NCBI GenBank assembly: GCA_965235115.1 | Contig: OZ249438.1 | Span: 22,940,001-23,004,000, forward strand | Length of the DNA stretch: 64,000 bases | Direction: 5' to 3' | DNA from: Laetmonice hystrix | Taxonomy: Eukaryota | Shown: in pieces, positions 43,513 to 55,000 of the stretch | Numbering within the stretch: position 1 is the stretch's first letter | Layout: every line of letters starts with the position of its first letter | Translations under genes and position numbers: made by a program | The notes under the pieces: model-generated | Told to the model about the DNA's origin: nothing | What the model saw: the letters and a program-made list of their open reading frames with translations, nothing else | Databases searched by the model: none

Positions 43513-44327
43513 GTGTATACTACATCTGACCACCGGCCCACAAGAATCAATTCTCATGTCGTCTCTCATCATTTAGTGTCGATCCAAGCGATCAATAACT
43601 AACTCTGCCTCGGTGGCAAGTGTTCTGTAAATGAAAGTTCGACGAATCAAAGACGGGTTCGGCGTCACTGCACACTGGATGGCCAGCCACAGCCTCCTGA
43701 TAAATAGTAACCCTTCATGGCTTACAACTACTGAGGAGTAGCTGTTAATATAGGTTCTAGGCCTACTCGCATCACCTTGGATGACAGCAGACTTTGTGCC
43801 AGTGCTCGAAACAACCCTCCTGCCCCTAAATTAACGAATTTCTAATCACCTGGCCCCTCATAAGCGGACTTCTCCTGTGCCCCACTAGAGTTACCAGGCC
43901 TGGCCGACAGAGGGCGTTTAAACCCCCTGGAGAACACGTCCGCAGTGCCGTCTAGCGGTCAACCGCAGTAATTCACGCCGATCTGGGACGACCTCGGCGG
44001 CCCAAGTGATGACTAGATACTCGCGGCGAGAACTGACATGTTATGCCCGCAGGCAGCTGTCAGAATGGGTTGTGAAAATATTTTGCAGCGCACTCGATAG
44101 AAACTCTCGTGCATGTCGAGAGGTTCGCGCGAGACAAACGTCAAAAGAACAATGGTGGTGACTGGCCGATGGCCGGGGTTCGCTTACCTCGGCCCTGCTA
44201 TTATCTGACCAGGTTTGACAAATCTTGTCATGATTTGCATCATCAATTCTTCTTTCGTTATCCCCCCTCTTCATGCACGTGTGTGGCGAAATAGATGTGT
44301 GTAACGGGTAGGAAGGTTAATTAATTA

Positions 44328-46020
44328 GATGGTGGAGGGGAGGGTCTTTCGTTCCCTGACGGCCAGGATGGGGGAGGGGAGGGTCTTTCGATCCCTGATG
44401 GCCAGGATGGTGGAGCGGAGCGTCTTTCGTTCCCTGATGGCCAAGATGGTGGAGCGGAGGGTCTTTCGTTCCCTGATGGCCACGATGATGGCGCGGGGGG
44501 TCTTTCGTTCCCTGATGGCCAGGATGGTGGAGCGGAGGGTCTTTCGTTCCCTGATGGCCAGGATGGTGGAGCGAAGGGTCTTTCGTTCCCTGACGGTCAG
44601 GATGGTGAAGCGGAGGGTCTTTCGTTCCCTGATGGTCAGGATGGTGGAGCGGAGGGTCTTTCGTTCCCTGATGGCCGGGATGGTGGAGCGGAGGGTCTTT
44701 CGTTCCCTGATGGTCGGGATGGTGGAGCGGAGGGTCTTTCGTTCCCTGATGGCCAGGATGGTGGAGCGGAGGGTCTTTCGTTCCCTGATGGTCAGGATGG
44801 TGGAGCGGAGGGTCTTTCGTTCCCTGATGGTCAGGATGGTGGAGCGGAGGGTCTTTCGTTCCCTGATGGTCAGGATGGTGGAGCGGAGGGTCTTTCGTTC
44901 CCTGATGGCCAGGATGGTGGAGCGGAGGGTCGTTCGTTCCCTGATGGCCACGATGATGGCGCGGGGGGTCTTTCGTTCCCTGATGGCCAGGATGGTGGAG
45001 CGGAGGGTCTTTCGTTCCCTGATGGCCAGGATGGTGGAGCGGAGGGTCTTTCGTTCCCTGATGGTCAGGATGGTGGAGCGGAGGGTCTTTCGTTCCCTGA
45101 TGGTCAGGATGGTGGAGCGGAGGGTCTTTCGTTCCCTGATGGTCAGGATGGTGGAGCGGAGGGTCTTTCGTTCCCTGATGGCCAGGATGGTGGAGCGGAG
45201 GGTCGTTCGTTCCCTGATGGCCACGATGATGGCGCGGGGGTCTTTCGTTCCCTGATGGCCAGGATGGTGGAGCGGAGGGTCTTTCGTTCCCTGATGGCCA
45301 GGATGGTGGAGCGGAGGGTCTTTCGTTCCCTGATGGTCAGGATGGTGGAGCGGAGGGTCTTTCGTTCCCTGATGGTCAGGATGGTGGAGCGGAGGGTATT
45401 TCGTTCCCTGATGGTCAGGATGGTGGAGCGGAGGGTCTTTCGTTCCCTGATGGCCAGGATGGTGGAGCGGAGGGTCGTTCGTTCCCTGATGGTCAGGATG
45501 GTGGAGCGGAGGGTCGTTCGTTCCCTGATGGCCACGATGATGGCGCGGGGGGTCTTTCGTTCCCTGATGGCCAGGATGGTGGAGCGGAGGGTCTTTCGTT
45601 CCCTGATGGTCAGGATGGTGGAGCGGAGGGTCTTTCGTTCCCTGATGGTCAGGATGGTGGAGCGGAGGGTCTTTCGTTCCCTGATGGTCAGGATGGTGGA
45701 GCGGAGGGTCTTTCGTTCCCTGATGGCCAGGATGGTGGAGCGGAGGGTCGTTCGTTCCCTGATGGCCACGATGATGGCGCGGGGGGTCTTTCGTTCCCTG
45801 ATGGCCAGGATGGTGGAGCGGAGGGTCTTTCGTTCCCTGATGGTCAGGATGGTGGAGCGGAGGGTCTTTCGTTCCCTGATGGCCAGGATGGTGGAGCGGA
45901 GGGTCTTTCGTTCCCTGATGGTCAGGATGGTGGAGCGGAGGGTCTTTCGTTCCCTGATGGCCAGGATGGTAGAGCGGAGGTCAGGAAGGTGAAGCAGAGG
46001 GTCTACCGTTCCCTGGTGGC
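44328..46020. repeat. Minisatellite, 39-bp unit, about 43 copies
   Basis: Unit gatggtggagcggagggtctttcgttccctgatggccag; source of the four 245-317-aa ORFs. Confidence 0.97.
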
Positions 46021-46886
46021 CAGGAAGGTAGAGCGGAGTCCAGGATTTTGCAACGGGGGGGGGGGGGGGCTTGATGTATGTAACATCATAACACACTGCA
46101 AAATAATAACCCTGGAGTTAGCTGCCCCCCCCCCCTTGACCTGTGATCTGCAGGTAACAATAACCGTAAACCTCAAGATAGGCCTGAGAAAACCAAAAGC
46201 CAATACATCCAGGGTATAAGTTTATGTTGAGGGTGGTTCGATAGATATCATGTCATATCGCTTTACTTATTTTTTCCTGCACTTTTTTTATAAAGTGTAC
46301 AACATGCCACCGGAGGCCGCCATTATTCTGTCCAAAAATACTATAAATCCAGCATGACTGGGTGACATTTAACAACAATAGATGAGTCTCTCGCTAAAAG
46401 TGTCAGAGTTGATGGGTATGTAACAATAGTACAACAATGCTATATGTGACGGTTGATCAATTCTCTATTCAATCAGCTAGTATCTAACAAAGAATTCCAA
46501 ATTGGTTTGATTAAGTTATAGTATTACTGTCTTATCTAACGAGACCAAGGGATTCCGTGCGGTCGTCGTTCAGTCGCTACCACACGTCGTCTTGTCATAG
46601 TTACGTTACGTAGTGGCTCTGATGGCCAGGTGTCAAATTAATGGCAATTTGGTAGCCGCGTCGTCTGGCAGGTAAGTAATTACACCTAAGGTTTTATTTG
46701 CGGCACCAGTTCTTAATGAAAAGAAACTGCGTACGTTCACCAGCCATATGTCACCACGCCACGCCTTGCATAAGGCATGGCCATCGTCATGGGGGTAGGG
46801 AAGGGAGGCAATATAGGAACTCTGTAAAAACGGCCGACTATAGACTTGGTGATTAGCGACTCTTCAACCCCCCCCCCCCCCCCCCC

Positions 46887-47029
46887 GGGGGGGCGGATTC
46901 AGGTTTGCGCCAGAGGGTGCTGGGGGGGGGGGTGTATGTTTGGTTTGAACTTTTCGAGCAGAAAAAAGAAAAATTACTTCGTAAAGGGGGGGGTGGAACC
47001 CTCGTCACCCCCCTCTAGATCCACCACTG
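46887..47029. mobile_element. Probable short MITE relic
   Basis: Imperfect inverted ends GGGGCGGATTCAGG ... CCCTCTAGATCCACCACTG around poly-G tracts; no target duplication seen. Confidence 0.45.
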
Positions 47030-48081
47030 CCCTCAACCACCACCGCCGTCCTGACGTCCTGACCTCCACATACATGTACGGATAGACCACCGACGTCCAT
47101 CTGATTGTGTCTAATAACAACCACCAGATGGCTCTGGTTACGTTCGCTTTGAGTTGCCTCTCTTGGTCGATAGGTGGCGATCATGTGAAGCGTTGCAACA
47201 GTGGGCCAGCCCCCATCAACAACTGCTGGTCATATTCAGGACGGGAGAAAATTTTTTTGTTTGTTTAAGGCCCTACTATTTTCTAAAAGTGTCAAGGGTT
47301 CTTTCACATGCAACACTGCATAACACATTGTAAGACGCCCACCTTTGATAACCCAGTCGGGGGTGGGGGTGGGGTGGGGAGACGGATTGTCGTGTTTGGT
47401 GGTTGAACACAGCATACACAGACGGCGTCTATCACCCTCACCCCCGCTTTCCATTACAGCGAGCAAGGAAATGACAAATTTCGCAGAGGAATGCCCTCCA
47501 AGATAGATCTATCTTTGTCAGACTTTCCCATCAAGATACCCCGATATTCAAAACAGATTCATTGAATTGCAATAACTTTTCAGTAACTTTACGCCTTCTA
47601 AATAAATTGGTCCTGAACGCCATTCTCTCCGCCATCCATATACACATACATTTTATATTTATGTTTAAACATGGATCCGTAAAAGTAGTTCACTGTTAAA
47701 ATTGCCGCATTGTTCAATATGCGGCATGAGGAACATTACATTGTAATGTTTGAAGCTAAACTGCTGTAATACCGTCGTAATGCGGAGACATTTCCTGGGC
47801 CCCAAGCACTTAGACTTGTCCTCGTCCTGGTGGGGATGGAACACTCTAGGTCGTTAGAGAATTAAAAAGTCTCCTCTGATGTTATCCTGAAAGTTATCTA
47901 CTTTTCAAACAGTCCCATATCCTTACCTATATTAACATATATTAACTGTGCCTATTGCGGTTATCAAACTACCTAACTAAATAATTTGCTTGAATAGGCC
48001 TATTTCTTAAAAAGATCCTTTTAAAGAGTCGATCTGTCGTTCTCAGCCATTGGTCGTGTTCGAGGTATGTGTTCGGTCGCT

Positions 48082-49074
48082 TTACAAGTCGCCTGATGAA
48101 ATGTTTTGTGTGCCATTTACTTTGTCGACGAGGACGGTTCGGTTATTACCGAGAGATATTACGTTTACCCTTGACGTCTGACTAGATCTCAGCTGCCTTT
48201 TCACTTTGTTTGCGGGGTCAGTGAAGGATAGCTCATTATGTTCGCTCTCTTGCTTCCTTGACAACATTTCATCTTGGCCCCGTCTTCCTTCTGTCGGTTG
48301 ATGTATGTTATCGTCGTCATGAACTAAGTCCTTCCAGAATCGTCTAAACCGTACGTCTCCCTGACACGTTTGTGACGCGTCGTTACGTCCCGTTACGTCA
48401 TCATACATACCCTGACCGTCATGCTCTACTGTCCCTGTATCGTGCAAAGTTCCTGTTACCATCAACGATAAATCATCAGTGCTTACAGTATGGTTTAACT
48501 CTGCATCGCGATCCTGTTCTAGTAGGGGGTAAATGGTTGCAATGCCTGCTCGGTGTATAGCGTTCTGCCCGGCCGAATACAATGCCATGCCCACCTGAAC
48601 ACCCTTATCATGACGACCAAATTCAGGTCGACTGTTACTTTGCTTATTCAAATCCGAAGCAGACAGAAAGATTTCCTTGCGATCAAAAGAGAGGTCCTGT
48701 ATGCTACTTGAGGTAGATGTCCTCATCAAGTCAGTCCTCGAGTCCATCGATAGTGCGCGGTCGGTTTCGGAGGACCATCTTTTATTTTCTTGAGACCCTA
48801 GCGGCGCGTCATTGGAATATGACCGGACTGCCACCTGGCGGTAAACACCGGTACTGCCCAGGTCAATATCTGTGAGACTGGTGCTCACCCTGTCCAGCAT
48901 GGTGCAGGTGGAAGAGACAGACACCGTGCTTTCCCCACGATCTCGGGAGGTTGTGTTCGGTGAATTAGTACGGCCGTCAACAGATCGACCACTGCAATTG
49001 ATGGCTTTTACCTTGTCCTGGCGGTCACTTCTTTCCATTAGTTGTTGGGCATTATAACGACCCTTGCGATTTAC
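48082..49074 (-). CDS. K2P exon 6 (long cytoplasmic tail, 330 aa plus stop)
   Basis: This is the longest non-repeat ORF in the window. Acceptor ttcgcttttgtgcag|GTAAAT is in phase 0, matching exon 5. The link to the channel is inferred from orientation, phase and proximity, not from homology. Confidence 0.78.
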   Translation of the reverse strand, partial: VNRKGRYNAQQLMERSDRQDKVKAINCSGRSVDGRTNSPNTTSRDRGESTVSVSSTCTMLDRVSTSLTDIDLGSTGVYRQVAVRSYSNDAPLGSQENKRWSSETDRALSMDSRTDLMRTSTSSSIQDLSFDRKEIFLSASDLNKQSNSRPEFGRHDKGVQVGMALYSAGQNAIHRAGIATIYPLLEQDRDAELNHTVSTDDLSLMVTGTLHDTGTVEHDGQGMYDDVTGRNDASQTCQGDVRFRRFWKDLVHDDDNIHQPTEGRRGQDEMLSRKQESEHNELSFTDPANKVKRQLRSSQTSRVNVISLGNNRTVLVDKVNGTQNISSGDL

Positions 49075-52000
49075 CTGCACAAAAGCGAATAAATCAGAGT
49101 TACGTCATGCATGATCTGATACTATTTATATAGTTTTACCTTTGTCAAGTTTATTTTGACAACAGATGCACACTGTTCATTGCCACTCATGTCAAACGTT
49201 TTCCCACCCAAAATCGACCCATCATTTTAAAAAAGTCATCTTCATCTTCAGCCTCGTTTCCCATCAACCGCGGACCGCCAATAGGTATGTATGGTGGCCC
49301 AAAAGTATCATCTCGACTTACAAAATCTCGCATGGGGCAAATAAAATCAAAATCTCGCATGGTAGAAACACAAAATCAAAATCTCGCATGGTAGAAACAC
49401 AAAATCAAAATCTCGCATGCTAGAAACAAAAATCAAAATCTCGCATGGTAGAAACAAAAATCAAAATCTCGCATGCTAGAAAAACAAAATCAAAATCTCG
49501 CATGCTAGAAACACAAAATCAAAATCTCGCATGCTGGAACAAAATCAAAATCTCGCATGGGGCTTTTTACGGGCGCTGCCATGTTGAAACTAGGCAAGCG
49601 ACGCGCAAGCGCAGTATCGCCGGAAGTAGTCAGAGTGGCCTGGATCATCACGCCCTCTGTCGGCATACGCCCCAGTCTGATCCTAGCCTGGTCCCCGGTG
49701 CCTACCATACGCATCCGCTTGATGTTAGGCCCGGTGATGGCTAACAGAAAGCTGTAAAACGGAAGTGGTGATCTCCAAGCACTTCCGCCTCGGAGCTAAT
49801 CACTTCCGCCTCCGGTCCGTTGGTCAGCGTTAACAGAGTGATTGACTTCTGCTTGGAGCGTGGCCGGGAGTGGCCAACAATAGCAACATGCCCCTGCGTA
49901 TGCAGACCGTAGCAGGTGTGGGGACTGGTAACGTTATGTTTACATCCAGAAAAGCGAGGACATTTAACACTTGTATTTTAAAGGGATTGGCGAAAATATT
50001 TGTGTCTTGTTGGAGAAATACGGGGGGTACGGAACTATACCTCGTTTGCGTCCATGTTTTCGATGGGCCAATCACAACGCTTGCTTCGATTGGCCTTCAC
50101 CAGGCTTTATATTGGCCTGGTCCCCATTCGGCCCACCTCGGGACTGTCCGGGCCAGGTCCGGAAGTTGGGCCGAGGTTTTCCGAATGGCCTGGTCCCTAG
50201 CCTCGCCAAGAGTACCTGGTCCCCTGTCTTGCATGGATCCAGCCGCGCTCCTACTGTGCATTTTCTCCATGCGAGATTTTGATTTTGTGTTTCTAGCATG
50301 CGAGATTTTGATTTTGTGTTTCTAGCATGCGAGATTTTGATTTTGTGTTTCTAGCATGCGAGATTTTGATTTTGTGTTTCTAGCATGCGAGATTTTGATT
50401 TTGTGTTTCTAGCATGCGAGATTTTGATTTTGTGTTTCTAGCATGCGAGATTTTGATTTTGTGTTTCTAGCATGCGAGATTTTGATTTTGTGTTTCTAGC
50501 ATGCGAGATTTTCTGTTTGCCCCATGCGAGATTTTGATTTTTTGTTTGTACCATGCGAGATTTTTATTTTGCGAGTACGAGATTTTATTTTGCGAGTACG
50601 AGATTTTATTTTGCGAGTACGAGATTTTATTTTGCGAGTACGAGATTTTATTTTGCGAGTACGAGATTTTATTTTGCGAGTACGAGATTTTATTTTGCGA
50701 GTACGAGATTTTATTTTGCGAGTGCGAGATTTTTAAGTACGAGATGATACTTTTGGGCCACCATAGGTATGCTTGGACGAATACTCCAGCCACACCAGTC
50801 GATTCGGCGGTCGCCCGAACCCGAATGACGTGGCCAGTGTAAACGCTGATATATAGGAATAATGTTTGCCTGTCCGATTACGGGGCGGTCCCTGACAGGA
50901 CACCTGTTCGTTCCCGAGTGGATGCACACCTTGGTGAGGCCCAGGTAAGATTGATGACAAAACAACGCGACGGCCAGGCGCGCTTCCCTTCATGTAGCGT
51001 TTACTATCGCTGTTTACTTTGAACTCGGCCTGATAAATGTAGGCCTCAAACAGTAATTGATGGGGCGTCTTGGGAAAAACAAAAGGTGTTTGCGTTGTCC
51101 GAATGTTTTGTTAAGTATAGTGGACATCGATGTAACGCCTTGGGCCGCTGAGAATGATGGTCAGTGTAAACACGGGGTCCACAGAGATATCAAATATATT
51201 TTCTGTATACCTCTGTGGTGCATATTAAAAGATAATGTGCAATCCCCAGATTCCAGAATCGAACCACAGTTAATAAACCAGAATATGAGAGTTTTCTTTC
51301 ACCATTTCAACGCCAGTGAATGGCCAATACTAACTCGTTCATTGTTAAGAGTTCAAAACTACGCCCATCAGGATGAAACAGGATGATTCAATGACTCTGG
51401 ATAGACTAATTGAATGAGCATTCTAACAGTTCTTACATTGCTGGTGCGAATCTTGGCCTCCGTTCTGAGCAGTGCGTTGATGAGTTCTTGCGTGGAATTG
51501 ATGGTGGTAGAGAGCCAGGCGAGCCCCAGGAAGAGCCACACAACCATACATATCAAATACCAAGACGACTCTCCTTGGCCTGAAAATCAACCACCCGTAT
51601 CTCATTACACACATTATGTATCACTTCGAAATTATCCTTATTTAGTAGAGTCAGTTAAATCAAAAACTACAGATGACTGAATACATCACAGACAACAATG
51701 CAACCAACACAGCAAGACGTATTCATAACGAAAATCACAACCAACAATGGTGCATTACCTTTATGGATGTCTTGGCAGCAGAAATAAAGGACATCAAATT
51801 GATGATCAGCGTATACATTAATGTTACACTACGAAATGTTTTCCCCCTCTTAACTTGAGGCAGGATAGAGAGATCAATTTATTCGATTCACTTATTTCGG
51901 CCTTATGCTATTGCCTTTCGAACAATATACTGATAGCATATCTCTCGAAGGGTTCTTCCTAATAAAATCATAGAAACTTTAATATATTCTTAAGGACATA

Positions 52001-55000
52001 CATAATAAGGTTTCCTTCCCCTCATAATCTTGAACTCCCTATGTAAGAGATCTATCTATGGATGAACTCCCTATGTAAGAGATCTATCTATGATATTAGT
52101 TTCCAATGTTACATTTACCCGGCACGTAGTCTCCTAACCCGACTGTAGCAAGCGTCAAAAACGCGTAGTAAACACTTTCGGCGTACGTCCACTCCTCCAC
52201 ATAGCAGAACATGTTAGCCGGAACCAGAACTAACAAGATGAGACCGGATGCGAACAGTCCCGCACTCCGCACTGCCTTGGCTCGCCGCGGGTGGCGCTGC
52301 AAACATTATGCAAGTTCGTTCTCTCAGGATAGTAACTACATGGGAACCTTTAATTCAATATGGTCATTTATGTTTTAGAGTAACTCCAATAAAAAGGTGC
52401 GGTTGATGTTTTTATCGGTAAAACGTAGACAATGAAGAGGTGTCTCATTGGCTTAGCAGGACAGGGTTATTTTAATAATTGATTATAGGTTTTCCAAACT
52501 CCCAGGTCAGTTCTGTTACCAACTTACCTTGAAGCAATCGAAACGGTCATCAACCCTTTTGATGACGACGTACAAACCTCCACCAACATTAGCGAGGAGA
52601 ACCAGACACATTGGGATACCGAGCAGGGCAAATATACAACAAAATGCTCGTCCTTGAGGCGTCAGTGGAACAACATCTCCGTAACCTATGTCAAACAGGA
52701 CGTTTGTAGAGTAAAAAAAACTCATGACCAACGGATTGTGTACCCAACAATAGATTCGTGGTTTTACTTCTCTAGGAACATATAGTTCTTGAACATCTTT
52801 TGTCACTTGAAAGTGAAGTATGTGAACAGCGCATCATGACGGACCATACCTATCGTTGTCATGATGGTGACGACGAAATAGATTGATGTTCCGAACCCCC
52901 ATTCACGAGTGTTGTTATGCTGTGTAAAGTTGTCGTAACTCCATAGCTCTCGACTTCTATAGATGTCGGTAGCGAATAGATCTATAAACCGATCGGCCTC
53001 TTCTTTACTGACACACTGGTGCGTTGCTTAAAAATATATAAAAATCCAATAAACCCAAAGACAACATGGGGAAAAGTTAACTTTGAACAATGTTATAGAA
53101 TTCGAAATTATTTATGTTCATCAAAGTCAGAGTTAGTCCCAGCGTATTGCTTGCATGCGCCCCTGCCACTGGACGACAGTATAGCAGTTGAGGTATCAAC
53201 AGGACGACTGCAATACTGTTGTTAAAGGGATCGCGTTGCATCAACTTTTCCAGAGATAAACTGTCCCGTCTGCACAGAAATATATTAGAGCGATCTACCT
53301 CATTTGTGTCGATTTACTTCTAACAATAGCGAAACTGGCGAAGCAAACGTGCCATTCTTTGCTTGAACGGTGAAAAATGCGATCGGATTTTACCCCGGCT
53401 TGTTGTCATTCCTGCCCGAGAGCACCCGTCCAACTAAACATCGAAACCGACCAAAACTGACTGAATCTGACCAAAACCGACAATAACTGACTGACTTCAT
53501 TGCCATCTGGAGGTCAGTGGTGGTATGCCAATGTCGGTTTCGGCACCCCGCGAGCAGGACTGCTCAATCGGAACTTCTGAGACCATTTCCGGTTTCCGGT
53601 TGAGAAATAACCGGATGTAAGTCAGACCCAAAGCTACAGACGTCAGACTGCTCATTATTTAGTCTATGCCGAGTTATTTAATCATTTTGTCCCGTTTCCG
53701 TGGTCGAACCTCCTCACCGCTCATGTTCTACTGCCCTGCTTCCAACGCATAGAAACAGATCGCGGAAACTTATGAATCAAATTTAGTGCATTTTGATGTA
53801 TCCGGTGGTATTGGAGCGGGATTTTAACACACATTTCAGTCTCCAAAAAGTTGAAATCCGCGAATCCCCGGAAGATGTTCCTCATTGCTCTCAGCGTCCA
53901 TATTTGTCCTAGCATGTTTAGTCTGCCTGAGCTGTAGGCTGGGACTAAGCATACATGTTGAGAAGTTTACAAACTATTTTAGTTCAAACGTATATTTATT
54001 ATTAGCCTATTTCGAGCAACACAATACAGTCACGGAGTTTGGCGCTGTCCAGAAACAAAACAGGTGCTGGTGTTATGCCTCCGCCATTTTAACTAAATCG
54101 GTCACGTGACTCCATCGAATCATGTGACTGGAAGTAGTTCAACATGGCAGCACCATATTCGAGGTATTTTGGGTAGGGAAAGCCCGAGATGTTGCGATTG
54201 CAGGACTGCTATGTAGGTTTTTATGTAGGCTATACGACAGGCTACAAGGCGTTATTTTGCCAAAAATGATTGGAGTCTGGTCTGAGATGAATTTACAAAC
54301 ATGCAGACAGCTATATCAGAAATATAGTTTCAATATTTTCTAACATAAGATGCAATTGGTTCCCTATAATGCCGGGTTTCGATATCGTTTTCTGGGCGAC
54401 ATTGCTGCCTCATTTCCTACCTATCGTGTTTAAATATTTGGTTTCCGACATCTGCTGTGTTTGAAGAGCATGCCTTCCCTGTCGTTTCTATTAGTCTCGA
54501 GACTGTACCATTATCTTAGAAAAACACCGATTAAATTCGTTACCAGCGTGCAAAGGTACAACAAACATGCTGAGTGTCTGTTGAGTCTGTCGTGTCATTT
54601 CCTTCAAGGCATCCGTCTCTGTTTGACTATGCAATTGCAATCATGCCTCTGATGTGACGGAGCGATGCTTTGTCAATTTATCAATGCATTAGTCAAACAT
54701 AGCATGCGACTCGTACATATGGAATCATGTTGTGTATGTGCCTGGTCGCACTAGTTTCTACTCACTATTTCCTTCAAGGCCGACTTTGAACTACATCATA
54801 TAAGATTAAAACCTATTTTGTCGCATAAAATTCACAAGCGTTATATCTTACTGATAAATTTGTGGACGCTCTCTGATTTCACGTCGGTATTTGTGTCCCA
54901 TGTGTGTTTCTCTAGGATGTAGAAGATGCCAGCCCCGATAAGGACGTAGGCGATCACCACCACCATCAGGGTCAGAACGAGGCGCCAATGGACTCGTACA

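Noticed and set aside
44325-46096. Four 245-317-aa ORFs as genes
   Set aside because: They are a by-product of a stop-free 39-bp unit, are open on both strands at once, and have no flanking unique coding sequence or splice context.
49870-50325. 151-aa ORF in the foldback core as a transposase
   Set aside because: No DDE/D or DNA-binding motif was recognised, and the ORF runs into the arm repeats.
52516-52806. ORF-track peptide suggesting the channel's first filter is DIGYG rather than TIGYG
   Set aside because: The D comes from intron sequence. The true exon 2 (53026-52850) ends ...MTTIG with a GT donor and splices to GYG at 52685. It is kept only as a speculative alternative isoform.
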